Shown in pieces: positions 47,857 through 57,152 of a DNA stretch of 64,000 nucleotides. A model generated the notes under the pieces. The model was given only the letters and a program-made list of their open reading frames with translations. It was not told the DNA's origin and ran no database searches. Position 1 is the first letter of the stretch. Each line of letters starts with the position of its first letter. Origin of the DNA: Deltaproteobacteria bacterium (GTDB lineage: Bacteria > Myxococcota > Kuafuiibacteriia > Kuafuiibacteriales > Kuafuiibacteriaceae). Position numbers and translations under genes: made by a program. Location of the stretch: NCBI GenBank assembly GCA_040218735.1, contig JAVJQW010000023.1, positions 416,001-480,000 on the forward strand, in the 5' to 3' direction.

Positions 47857-48330
47857 CTACAACCGACGCAGCAGCGGGAACTTCAGGCGGTACGCGTCCT
47901 GCGCCCAGCGCGGGAGCGCCGACCAGTTCTTCTCGAGGTGCGTGATGTCCTCTTCGCCCGGCTCGATCTCCCCCGACGGGAACGCGATGGTGTGCTCGAG
48001 CGGCACGGCGATCACGTCGCCCTTGCGCCCGACGTACTTCAGGATCTCCACCCCGTCGCGCGTGCCCGAAGCGTCACGCGACTCGGCGATCTCCAGCCCC
48101 GTCACGTACGTCGACAGGTAGATCGATAGGATCTCGATCGTCTGCGCGAACCACGGGAGGCGCTCCTCGGTCTCGGCGTCGATCGCGAGGCGCCCCGACC
48201 GAATGCGGGCGTCGAGCTCCTCCGGCCCCATCGCGTCCGCGAGCGGGAAGTCCTCGTCCTCGATCGCGTCGGCGAGGTGCCCGCGCTCGACGCCGTCGAT
48301 CTCGAGGTCCATCAGATACCGATACAGCAC
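47857..48330 (-). CDS. Acidic hypothetical protein directly downstream of the retron RT; candidate retron effector or accessory protein
   Basis: Begins 19 nt after the RT stop on the same strand; AGGA 7 nt before GTG; no recognised motif. Confidence 0.65.
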   Translation of the reverse strand: MLYRYLMDLEIDGVERGHLADAIEDEDFPLADAMGPEELDARIRSGRLAIDAETEERLPWFAQTIEILSIYLSTYVTGLEIAESRDASGTRDGVEILKYVGRKGDVIAVPLEHTIAFPSGEIEPGEEDITHLEKNWSALPRWAQDAYRLKFPLLRRL

Positions 48331-48349
48331 AGAGGCATCCTAACGAGTC

Positions 48350-49558
48350 TCACCCGCCGGACCAGTCGATTCGTTCGAAGAGCGCGAGCAGCTTCCGTCC
48401 GTGCGCGGCGTGGGCCTGTGCGACGTGCGCGATCCGCCCGCGCAGGCGATCGCGAGCGTCGGCGTCCCCCCCGTCCCGCGCGAGGTTGAACAGCGTCGCC
48501 TCCAGACGTTTGCGCTCGCGCTTCGACACCGCGGGGTGTGCGTTCACGACGAGCCCGGTCACGGTCTGCCGACGGTGCGCGCGCATCCAGCGGGTCTTGG
48601 CGCGGTGGAGCGTGAAACCTTCGTCCGCGACGATCATCGCGACTGCGTCTGCGAGCGCCTCGTACGATTCGTCCGACGAGAACACGAGGTCGTCGGCGTA
48701 CCGCGTGTACGTCGCGCCGAAGCGATCCGCGAGGCCGGCCAGGCGCACGTCGAGTCGAAACGCGACGAGGTTCGCGAGGTACGGCGAGCTCGGCGCCCCC
48801 TGCGGGAGGTGACGGCCGCTGTAGATCGGCTCACGCGTGACGTGCGTCGGCGTAGTGGTCGTCGTGAGCCCCGTGAGCAGCTCGGCCACCGTCTCCGGAT
48901 AGCCGGCCGCCATGAAGACCGCGCGCACCCGACGGGCGAAGATCGACGGAAAGAACCGCCGCAAGTCGAAGCGCAGCACCAACCGACGCCCGACGTGCAT
49001 CGCGGCGTTGGTGCGGTGCGATCGGCCGCGCACATACGCGTGCGCCGCAGGGTGCACCGGGATGGATTCGAGGACGTCGCGCAGGATCCTCCGCTGGATC
49101 TTCGCGAGCTGGGCCTTCGGTGCTTCGATCAACCGCGCCCCCGCGAAGTAACGGACGTAGTGATGCAGCGGCCCCGGCGGCGCACGATCGAGGTAGCCGT
49201 TCACGTCCGCCCAACCTTCGAGCGAACGCAGCGGCATCTCGAGCCAGCGCGCGAGCTCGGCGACGTCGCAGACCGATCGCACCGGCCACCGCGGCACGTG
49301 CATGTGTGTCGCGGGGAAGAAGTACCGCGCCGGGATGGGCATCGGCTCCGCGTCCTCGTACGCCGGCAGCGCGTGGACGAACCGCCACAAAGTCTCGAAG
49401 CGCGGCGGGCGTCGGTACCGACCATGAACGGCGTCGACCACCTCCGGCAGCCACGGCGCCGGCGGCAACAACGCCGCGTGGCCAAACTCGAGCAGCCCGC
49501 GCTTCGTCCAGTCGGAGGCGAGGAACGCACGCGCGAGCGCTTGGGCGACGACGATCAT
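48350..49558 (-). CDS. Retron-type reverse transcriptase
   Basis: RLIEAPK, region X NAAMH (NAxxH), FDLRRFFPSI, LPQGAPSSPYLAN, YTRYADDL, region Y QTVTGLVVN. Confidence 0.93.
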   Translation of the reverse strand: MIVVAQALARAFLASDWTKRGLLEFGHAALLPPAPWLPEVVDAVHGRYRRPPRFETLWRFVHALPAYEDAEPMPIPARYFFPATHMHVPRWPVRSVCDVAELARWLEMPLRSLEGWADVNGYLDRAPPGPLHHYVRYFAGARLIEAPKAQLAKIQRRILRDVLESIPVHPAAHAYVRGRSHRTNAAMHVGRRLVLRFDLRRFFPSIFARRVRAVFMAAGYPETVAELLTGLTTTTTPTHVTREPIYSGRHLPQGAPSSPYLANLVAFRLDVRLAGLADRFGATYTRYADDLVFSSDESYEALADAVAMIVADEGFTLHRAKTRWMRAHRRQTVTGLVVNAHPAVSKRERKRLEATLFNLARDGGDADARDRLRGRIAHVAQAHAAHGRKLLALFERIDWSGG

Positions 49559-49566
49559 GGGGCGAA

Positions 49567-49710
49567 CGCGCTCCGACTCACCGGTTGGGCCTGGCCGGTC
49601 CTACGTCGAACGGCGTAGTGGAGGCCAGGCGACGAACCGTTCTACTCATCACGCAACCCTGGAGGAGCCCCAGAGCCGAGGTTCGAAGACCTCGCGATAC
49701 TCGGAGCGCG
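49567..49710 (-). ncRNA. Retron msr-msd non-coding RNA
   Basis: Perfect 10-bp a1/a2 inverted repeat (49567-49576 / 49701-49710); unpaired G at 49700; msr hairpins 49677-49694 and 49657-49675; msd hairpin 49582-49639. Confidence 0.8.
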
Positions 49711-49758
49711 CCGCCGCCGGGGAGCCTACCGCATCTGTCCCGGTTGCGTCGTACCGCG

Positions 49759-50409
49759 TCAGGGGCGCGTCGCGATCCAGATGACGTGGTCGCTCCGGTC
49801 GAGGCCGCCGGAGCGCACGATCTCGACGCGTACGCCGAAGCCGCGTGACTCCAGCCGCGCCGTGAATGCGTCGTTGGGTTGCGCGGACCACACCGCGAGG
49901 ACGCCGCCGGGCTGGAGCGCGTCGAACGCCGCGTCGAGGCCCGACGTCGCGTAGAGGTGATCGTTATCCGCGCGCGTGAGGCCTTCAGGGCCGTTGTCGA
50001 CGTCGAGGAGGATGACGTCCCACTTCGCCGACCGCATCACGACGCCGACGTCGTCGGTCACGACGGTCACGCGCGGATCGTCGAGCGCGCGGTTCGACAC
50101 GACACCGAGGGGACCCTGGTTCCAGCGAACGACGGCCGGCACGAGCTCCGCGACGTGGACCCGCGCGTCTTCGCCGAGCTGGTCCAGCGCGGCGCGGAGC
50201 GTGAGCCCCATACCTAGACCACCGATCAAGATCAAACGGGTGTCCGCCGTGCACGTGAGCCGTGCGAGGGCGAGCTCGGAGTCGTGCACGCGCGAGTCCA
50301 TCAGGCGTCGGTGGTCGATGAAGATGGCGAAGTCGTCGTCGCGACGGTGCAGCGACAACACCCCCTCGCCCCCGGGCACGGGCGAGGAATCGATCAGCTC
50401 CCAGACCAC
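49759..50409 (-). CDS. Spermidine synthase-like SAM-dependent methyltransferase
   Basis: ILIGGLGMGLTL, VAELVPAVVRWN, DVILLDVDNGP, LQPGGVLAVWS. Confidence 0.85.
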   Translation of the reverse strand: MVWELIDSSPVPGGEGVLSLHRRDDDFAIFIDHRRLMDSRVHDSELALARLTCTADTRLILIGGLGMGLTLRAALDQLGEDARVHVAELVPAVVRWNQGPLGVVSNRALDDPRVTVVTDDVGVVMRSAKWDVILLDVDNGPEGLTRADNDHLYATSGLDAAFDALQPGGVLAVWSAQPNDAFTARLESRGFGVRVEIVRSGGLDRSDHVIWIATRP

Positions 50410-50442
50410 CCGGCGGAACTTACACCGTCCGGCTCCGGTCGG

Positions 50443-51351
50443 TCAGGCCGGTTGAGCTGCGCCGGCGCGGTAGAACGCGGGCGCTTCGCCGACGGCGCGT
50501 TTGAACGCACGCGAGAAAGCGAACTCCGACGTGTACCCCACACGTTCGGCGATCTGGGCGAGGGTGTCGTCCGTGGTGCGGAGCAGCTCGGCGCCGCGCG
50601 CCATCCGCAGGCGCGTGAGGTAGCCGAGCGGCGTGTCGCCGAGTGTGTCGCGGAAGCGACGCGCAAACGCCGGCCGCGACATCGTCGCGACGCGGGCGAG
50701 CGACGTGACGGACCAGGACGCCTCCGGCTGCTCGTGCATCGCCGCGAGGGAGCGCGCGAGCCGCTTGTCGCGCATCGCGCCGACCCACCCCGAGTCGGGC
50801 GCCTCGTTCTCGACCCAGTGGCGGACGACGTAGACGAGGAACGCCTCGAGGAGCAGCTCGACGACCGCGGACCGCCCCGGCGACTCGTCGCGGAGCTCGG
50901 CGAGCAACAGTCGCAGACAGGGCGACAGCGAGGGGCAGCACTGGATGATCTCCGCGCGGATGTGAATGAGCTCCGGCATCTCGCGGAGGAGCGGGTGAAG
51001 ACCGCGCAGGTCAGAGCCGAGCTTCTGGGCGGCGCACACGATGCGTGCGTTGACCGGCACGTCGTGGGTCGGCGCGGCCGCGAGGAACTGGTCGAGGGGC
51101 TGGGCGCGCCGGCGCGGAGCATCGGCGATCGTGTGCTTCGCGCCGCGCGGGAGGAGCGCGACGTCGCCTTGCAAGAGCTTCACGGCGGGGTCGCGTCCGA
51201 CGCGCAACCAACATTCGCCGCTCTCGACGAAGTGCAGGCCGGCCGTGGCGCCACCGTCGAGCTGAACGCCCCAGGCGCCCCGATACTCGTGTCGGCTGAG
51301 GATGACCGGCTTGGAGCCGCCGCGGAGGATGTCGCTCAAGACGTCCATCAT
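50443..51351 (-). CDS. AraC family transcriptional regulator with N-terminal cupin domain
   Basis: HFVESGECWL cupin; WSVTSLARVATMSRPAFARRF and IAERVGYTSEFAFSRAFKR HTHs. Confidence 0.93.
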   Translation of the reverse strand: MMDVLSDILRGGSKPVILSRHEYRGAWGVQLDGGATAGLHFVESGECWLRVGRDPAVKLLQGDVALLPRGAKHTIADAPRRRAQPLDQFLAAAPTHDVPVNARIVCAAQKLGSDLRGLHPLLREMPELIHIRAEIIQCCPSLSPCLRLLLAELRDESPGRSAVVELLLEAFLVYVVRHWVENEAPDSGWVGAMRDKRLARSLAAMHEQPEASWSVTSLARVATMSRPAFARRFRDTLGDTPLGYLTRLRMARGAELLRTTDDTLAQIAERVGYTSEFAFSRAFKRAVGEAPAFYRAGAAQPA

Positions 51352-51478
51352 TTGACGATGTCAGCGGCATCACCGTTTGTCTACGCGTTGAGCGTTCTGG
51401 ATAGGCCGACGCGAGCCTCGAACATGGTCGACCTCGACCGCGGCGCCTAACTTCGAGGCACAAAGGAGCCACACTGAA

Positions 51479-52336
51479 ATGACCAAGATTCTCGTCCTAG
51501 GTTCAACCGGAACGGTCGGCGCCGGCCTCGTGGAGGGCCTCGTCGCGCGCGGCGCCGACGTTCGCGCCGCGACACGCAGCCCCGGCGGCTACGCAGGCCC
51601 GCGCGGTGCGACCCCCGTCGCGTTCGATGCGACCAACCCCGAGACGTACGGACAGGCGCTCGACGGCGTCGACCGTGTGTTCCTCCTCTCGCCTCCCGGC
51701 CACGCCGACGCCCACGCGCTCCTCGCGCCCGTCGTCGAGGCGAGCGTGGCCGCGGGTGTGAAGCGCATCGTCACGATGACGGCGATGGGCGTCGACGCCA
51801 GCGACGAGATCCCGCTGCGGCGTCTGGAGCTCGCGGTCGAAGCGACCGGCGTCCCGTTCGCGCATCTGCGACCGAACTGGTTCGATCAGAACTTCCACAC
51901 GTTCTGGTACGAGCCGATCGCCAAGGCCGGCGTCATCCCGCTCCCCGCCGCGGACGCCAAGACCTCGTTCATCGATGCTCGCGACATCTCGGCCTCCGCC
52001 GTCGCCGCGCTCCTCGACGAAGGTGTCACGCAGAAGGCGTACACACTGACCGGCCCCGCGGCGCTAACCTACGCCGAGGCCGCGGCGATCCTCTCGAACG
52101 TCGGCGGACGGACGATCCAGTACGTGGACACGGACGAGGGGACGTTCGCGGAGAACCTCTCCGGAGCGGGGCTGCCGAGCGACTACGCCCAGCTGCTCGT
52201 CGGCCTCTTCCAGGTCGTGCGCGCGGGCGCGGCTGCCCCGGTGACCGGCGACGTGGAGCGGCTGACGAAGTCGAAGCCGCGCAGCGTCCGCCAGTACGCG
52301 CAGGACCACGCCGAAAAGTTCCGCACGCAGCTCTGA
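51479..52336 (+). CDS. NmrA-like / atypical SDR NAD(P)-binding oxidoreductase
   Basis: ILVLGSTGTVG, LRPNWFDQN, FIDARDI; AAGGAG RBS; divergent from the AraC gene. Confidence 0.9.
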   Translation: MTKILVLGSTGTVGAGLVEGLVARGADVRAATRSPGGYAGPRGATPVAFDATNPETYGQALDGVDRVFLLSPPGHADAHALLAPVVEASVAAGVKRIVTMTAMGVDASDEIPLRRLELAVEATGVPFAHLRPNWFDQNFHTFWYEPIAKAGVIPLPAADAKTSFIDARDISASAVAALLDEGVTQKAYTLTGPAALTYAEAAAILSNVGGRTIQYVDTDEGTFAENLSGAGLPSDYAQLLVGLFQVVRAGAAAPVTGDVERLTKSKPRSVRQYAQDHAEKFRTQL

Positions 52337-52381
52337 ACGCCCCGCTTGGCACCGACCAGGGCGCCGTGGTGAAAAGAGGCG

Positions 52382-54994
52382 GTGGCGTGTCCGTTGCGAG
52401 CGTTGTGGCCGTTGGCGTTGGTGTCGTGCGGCGCGCCGGACGCGATCGTCGTCGTCGTGGATGCAGAAGCGGCAGTGCTCGCCGACCTCCGATCGGTCGC
52501 CGTGTCGATCGGCGGCGGCGAGGCCCCGCCCGAGCGGTTCAGCTTCACGGTACGTGACACGCCGCCCGACTGTCTCCCACTCTTGTTCGCCGTCGAGCGC
52601 GACGTCGCCGACGCGGTCGAGATCGAGATCGTCGGCAACCCGGACAGCAGCACCGAGCTCACGCAGCGAATCCGAACGGAGTTCCGGTCGGGCCTCAATA
52701 CGCTGAACGTCACGTTGCCCGCGACGTGCCTCACGAGCGCGGGGTGCCCGGACATCTCCGCCGCGCCGCTCGAAGACACCACCGCCGAAGAGGTCGACCG
52801 GCGCGTGCGCAACCGCGTCTGCCGCGTCGTCCCGAGCGCCGTGGAGTGCATCGAGTCCGGGGGCTGCTACGAGGACGCGACGACCCCCGAATGCAAGCAG
52901 ACTTGCACGGCTCCGCCCCCGATCGATGAGCCGGACGCTCCCGCGCCCCCGGCGCTGCCCGCACCCGTCGTCGTCGAGCCCTGCCCCGCGGGGTGGTCCG
53001 TCGAGGACGGCGCCTGTACGCCGTGGCCCGCAGACGTCCGTGCGTGCGCCGCCGGGACGTTCCGCATCCCTGGCGCGGCGACCTGCCGACCGTTGGGCGC
53101 GTGTGACGCGCCGTGGCCGTCCGACGCACCGGCCGGCGCCATCTACGTTCAGCCGGGCGCCTCCGGTACGGGCACACGCGCGGCCCCGTACGGTTCGATC
53201 GAAGCCGCGCTGGTTCGCGCGGGCTCGGGCGCGACCATCGTGCTCTCCATCGGGACGCACACCCTCGGTCGCGCCATCACGCTCTCGTCCGATCTCACCG
53301 TGCGCGGCGCCTGCGCCGCGGAGACGATCGTGACCGGTGCGTCGTTGTCCGTCGTCGACGCAGACATCACGTTCGAACGACTCACGCTGGACACCGTCTC
53401 GTCGACGGGCGGCACGCTGCGCCTCGAAGACGTGATCGTTCGCGGCGTCGGCGTGGAGGGCGGTGCGGTCGCGCTCGAGGGCGTCGCAGTGCTCGGCACC
53501 GGTGTCACGCTCACCGATGCGCGCGGAACGCTCGCTGGCGTCGTCGGAGCCGGTCCGCTCGATCTGACCTCCACCACCGTCGACGCGGCCGACGTCGCGT
53601 GGGACGGAGGCCTCCGTGTCGACGACGCGAGCAGGGCGGTCGTCCTCCGGAGCTTGCTGCAATCGACCGGCGCGCACGTCGACGGGGAAGGGACGTTCAC
53701 GGACGTCGCCTGGCGCAACGTAAACGGCACGGCGCTGAGCGCCTCCAACGCGACCGTCACCGTGTCACGCGCCTCGCTCCGCGACGTCGACGGCGACGCG
53801 ATCCACCACGAGGGCGGCGCCCTTCACCTCACCGACGTCCAGCTCCTCGACATCCGCTTCACCGACGACGAGCGCGGCCGCGGCATCGACGCGGTCGACA
53901 CCACGAGCGTGCTCGAACGCGTCACGATCCGAAGGTCCGCGGGATACGGGGCACGGTTCGAAGGAGGCGTCGCCACGGTCACCGATCTCATCGTCGACAC
54001 GACGACCGGAGATCGCGCCGCAGAGACCGGGACGGCGCTCGGCACCATCTCCTCGTCGGTCACCCTCACGCGCGCGGCGTTCACGAACGTTCGCCACGCC
54101 GGCGCGTTCTTGCGCGGGGGCTCCGTACGTATCGAAGACCTGTCGATCGACGGCGTCGCGGAGGACGGGAACGGCGGCAACGGTCGCGGCGTCCACGTCG
54201 AGCGCGGCGCCATCGTCACCGTGCGGCGCGCGAAGATCGAACGCGCGCACTACCGAGCGGTGAGCGTCCAGTCCAGCGGCCCGCCCGGCGCGTACCTCGA
54301 GCTCACCGACGTCACGGTCGCCGACACCCTCGGCAGCACGTCGAACGAAGGCCACGGCGTCGGGCTGTTCGTGTCCGGCACCGAGAGCTCCGCTTCGGTG
54401 CTGCGCGGCGTCTTCGCCGGCAGCCACCGCGCCAACGTCGAGGTCATCGGAGGGCGCGTCGACCTCGACCACGTGCGCACCGTCGACGGTCGGCCCCACC
54501 GACGCATCATCCGCGCTCCCAACCAGACCTCGGAGATCGACTTCGGTGGGTTCGGCCTGCTCGTGCAGGGCGACGGCATGGTCGTCGGCGAACGGTTCCT
54601 CGCAGAGGACAACCGAGACGCCGCGATTCTCGCGATCAACGCGGACCCGAACCGGACCGCCTCGCTCGACCTCACCGACGTCATCCTGCGCGGCACCACC
54701 GCCATCGGGGACGCGAAGACGTACAACATGTTCGGCGCGGGTCTCGCCGTGGCGCCCGGAACGACGACGATCGTTCGTCGCTTCTCGATCGACGACAACT
54801 TCGGAGCCGGCGTGCGCTACACCGGCATCGTCGGCTCGCCGGCCCCCGAGCTGGACCTCGAAGACGGCATCGTCTCCAACAACGGCGTCGGCCTCCTCGT
54901 GCAGCTCCCCGAGTACGACGTCCAACGCGCAGCGGTGCGCGTACAGTACCGAGACAACGCTTCGACGCTCCTCGTCGAGCACCCCGGCGAATGA
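52382..54994 (+). CDS. Secreted/lipoprotein with Cys-rich region and right-handed parallel beta-helix repeats
   Basis: LVSC lipobox; IYVQPGA..GTGTRAAPYGSIEAAL cap motif; repeated GxGxxV..LxDVxV beta-helix units. Confidence 0.75.
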   Translation: MACPLRALWPLALVSCGAPDAIVVVVDAEAAVLADLRSVAVSIGGGEAPPERFSFTVRDTPPDCLPLLFAVERDVADAVEIEIVGNPDSSTELTQRIRTEFRSGLNTLNVTLPATCLTSAGCPDISAAPLEDTTAEEVDRRVRNRVCRVVPSAVECIESGGCYEDATTPECKQTCTAPPPIDEPDAPAPPALPAPVVVEPCPAGWSVEDGACTPWPADVRACAAGTFRIPGAATCRPLGACDAPWPSDAPAGAIYVQPGASGTGTRAAPYGSIEAALVRAGSGATIVLSIGTHTLGRAITLSSDLTVRGACAAETIVTGASLSVVDADITFERLTLDTVSSTGGTLRLEDVIVRGVGVEGGAVALEGVAVLGTGVTLTDARGTLAGVVGAGPLDLTSTTVDAADVAWDGGLRVDDASRAVVLRSLLQSTGAHVDGEGTFTDVAWRNVNGTALSASNATVTVSRASLRDVDGDAIHHEGGALHLTDVQLLDIRFTDDERGRGIDAVDTTSVLERVTIRRSAGYGARFEGGVATVTDLIVDTTTGDRAAETGTALGTISSSVTLTRAAFTNVRHAGAFLRGGSVRIEDLSIDGVAEDGNGGNGRGVHVERGAIVTVRRAKIERAHYRAVSVQSSGPPGAYLELTDVTVADTLGSTSNEGHGVGLFVSGTESSASVLRGVFAGSHRANVEVIGGRVDLDHVRTVDGRPHRRIIRAPNQTSEIDFGGFGLLVQGDGMVVGERFLAEDNRDAAILAINADPNRTASLDLTDVILRGTTAIGDAKTYNMFGAGLAVAPGTTTIVRRFSIDDNFGAGVRYTGIVGSPAPELDLEDGIVSNNGVGLLVQLPEYDVQRAAVRVQYRDNASTLLVEHPGE

Positions 54995-55000
54995 ACCGCG

Positions 55001-55936
55001 TCAGGCGGCGGTCATCGCCTCCGACACCCGCCACAATCGCTCCGCGTTCGCGGGGTCGATCGCGTAGGACCGCACGAGTCGCATCCCTCGCGCTTCGTCG
55101 TCGACCTCACACGTCTGGCAATCCGCGAAGTACAGGCCGCCCTTGCCTTCGAGCTCGGGGTGCGCCGCCGCGTAGACACTCGTCGCGGCGCCCTGCTCCA
55201 CGGTCTTGACGGCGCCGGGGAGCGCCGAGAAACGTTCGAACATCGCGGCGAGCTCGTCCTCGGTGAGGTGGCGGACGAGGTTCGTCTGAATGACGCCGGG
55301 GTGCGCGGCGAACGCGCGGACGCCGCGATCGCGATAGCGACGGTCGAGCTCGACCGTGAAGAGGATGTTCGCCGTCTTCGACTGCCCGTACGCGTCCCAC
55401 TTCTCGTAGGGCGTGCGTTCGTAAGCGAGGTCGTCGAAGTGCACGGCGCCGCGCTGGTGCGCCGAAGAGCTGAGGTTGACCACGCGTGCCGCCGTCGACT
55501 TCTCGAGCGCGGGGAGGAGCAACGTCGTGAGCAAGAAGTGGCCGAGGTGGTTGATGCCGAAGTGCGTCTCGAAGCCGTCCTCGGTGCTGCCCTTCGGACA
55601 CGCCATGACCCCGGCGTTGGCGATCAACACGTCGAGCCGGTCGAACGTTTCGAGGAACCTCGCACCGAACGCTCGGACGCTCGCCAGCGATCCGAGCTCG
55701 ACCGTCTCGTACTCGACGTCGCGGCCCGCGGCCGCGACGATCGCCTCGGCGGCGCTGCGCCCCTTCGCATCGTCGCGCGCGGTGATGATGACGTCGGCAC
55801 CCACCGCGGCGAGCGCCCGTGCGGTCTCGGCGCCCAGCCCGCTGTTGCCCCCGGTGACGAGGATACGGCGGCCCGACAGATCGAGGCCGGCGAGGACTTC
55901 GTCGGCGGTGGTGGTGTGGTCGAAGCCGTTGGCCAT
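55001..55936 (-). CDS. Short-chain dehydrogenase/reductase (retinol dehydrogenase/WWOX-like)
   Basis: VTGGNSGLG, LIANAGVM, HFGINHLGHF, YGQSK, HPGVIQT. Confidence 0.92.
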   Translation of the reverse strand: MANGFDHTTTADEVLAGLDLSGRRILVTGGNSGLGAETARALAAVGADVIITARDDAKGRSAAEAIVAAAGRDVEYETVELGSLASVRAFGARFLETFDRLDVLIANAGVMACPKGSTEDGFETHFGINHLGHFLLTTLLLPALEKSTAARVVNLSSSAHQRGAVHFDDLAYERTPYEKWDAYGQSKTANILFTVELDRRYRDRGVRAFAAHPGVIQTNLVRHLTEDELAAMFERFSALPGAVKTVEQGAATSVYAAAHPELEGKGGLYFADCQTCEVDDEARGMRLVRSYAIDPANAERLWRVSEAMTAA

Positions 55937-55982
55937 GCGCGGAGTATGGCAAAGTCCGCGAGACGTGCCATGCTCCCGCGCC

Positions 55983-57131
55983 ATGCGCTTCACCCCGGCT
56001 CTCCTGCTCTGTCTCACCGCGTGCGCGAGCGCTGCGAAGACGGAGGCGCAACCGAGCACGTCGAAGGCCACGGCCCTCCCGAACCCCGAGCGGATCCTCT
56101 TCTGGACGCCCGAGGAGCAGAAGGTCGGCTACCAGAGCGTCGAGCGCCTCGGCCCGACGCGCACCGTCGCGGCGGCGGAGACGGCGTCCGAGCTCCCCGC
56201 GGGGGACCCGCTGCCCTCCATTCAGTATACCGTGGACGGCAAGACGTTCGACACGGATGGGTTCGTCGCGCACAACCACGTGGTCGGGCTGTTGGTCATC
56301 AAGGACGGTCGCGTGGTGCTCGAACGCTACGAGGGTGGCAACGACGCGAACACCCGGTGGATCTCGTTCTCGGTGACGAAGTCGATCGTCTCGCTCCTGA
56401 TCGGGGCAGCGGTAAAGGACGGCAAGATCGGTTCGGTGAACGACCCGGTCACGAAGTACCTCCCGAACCTCGCCGGCTCCGCGTACGACGGCGTGACGGT
56501 GGAGAACGTGCTGCAGATGGCGTCCGGGGTGGAGTGGAACGAGGACTACGCGGATCCCGAGTCGGACATCGGCAAGACCGCACGCTTCACGGCGCCCGAG
56601 CACCTCGCCTACCTCGCATCGAAGCCGCGCGCGGCGGAGCCCGGCACGAAGTTCAACTACAACACCGGGGAGACGCACCTCGTCGGCGCGATGCTTCGTT
56701 CGGCGATCGGCGGCGACCTGGCGCCGTACCTGTCGGAGAAGATCTGGAAGCCGTTCGGCATGCAGCGCGACGCGGTGTGGCCGCTCCTCGAGAAGGACGG
56801 CGCGGAGCACGGCGGCTGCTGCCTCGCGGCGACCCTCCGGGACTACGGCCGCGTTGGGATGTTCACGCTCGCGAGCGGCGACGCACTCCCCGCCGACTGG
56901 ATGAAGCAGTCCACGACCCCCTCGAAGGGGTACCCGGGCTACGGCTACCTGTGGTGGCTGAAGGACGGGACCTACGCGGCCGCGGGGATCTTCGGCCAGT
57001 CGATCTGGGTGAGCCCGCAGGATGGGTTGGTCATCGCGTCCCACAGCATGTGGCCGAAGGCGGTGGGTAAAGAATTCACCGGCCACCGCGCGGCGTTCTT
57101 CGGGGCGGTCGCGGCGGCGCTCCGCAAGTAA
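55983..57131 (+). CDS. Serine hydrolase, beta-lactamase class C-like family (lipoprotein)
   Basis: SxxK motif FSVTKS, FNYNTG, YGYLWW, AAGIFGQ; lipobox LTAC. Confidence 0.9.
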   Translation: MRFTPALLLCLTACASAAKTEAQPSTSKATALPNPERILFWTPEEQKVGYQSVERLGPTRTVAAAETASELPAGDPLPSIQYTVDGKTFDTDGFVAHNHVVGLLVIKDGRVVLERYEGGNDANTRWISFSVTKSIVSLLIGAAVKDGKIGSVNDPVTKYLPNLAGSAYDGVTVENVLQMASGVEWNEDYADPESDIGKTARFTAPEHLAYLASKPRAAEPGTKFNYNTGETHLVGAMLRSAIGGDLAPYLSEKIWKPFGMQRDAVWPLLEKDGAEHGGCCLAATLRDYGRVGMFTLASGDALPADWMKQSTTPSKGYPGYGYLWWLKDGTYAAAGIFGQSIWVSPQDGLVIASHSMWPKAVGKEFTGHRAAFFGAVAAALRK

Positions 57132-57152
57132 CGCCGGTACGATAGCGAGGGA

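Noticed and set aside
48350-49558. RT as a group II intron, DGR or CRISPR-associated RT
   Set aside because: No maturase/endonuclease domain, no TR/VR repeat pair, and no cas1 or array; NAxxH and VTG motifs plus msr-msd indicate a retron
49759-50409. Spermidine synthase-like gene as the retron effector
   Set aside because: Common stand-alone family lying upstream of the ncRNA; adjacency is the only link, though co-transcription cannot be excluded
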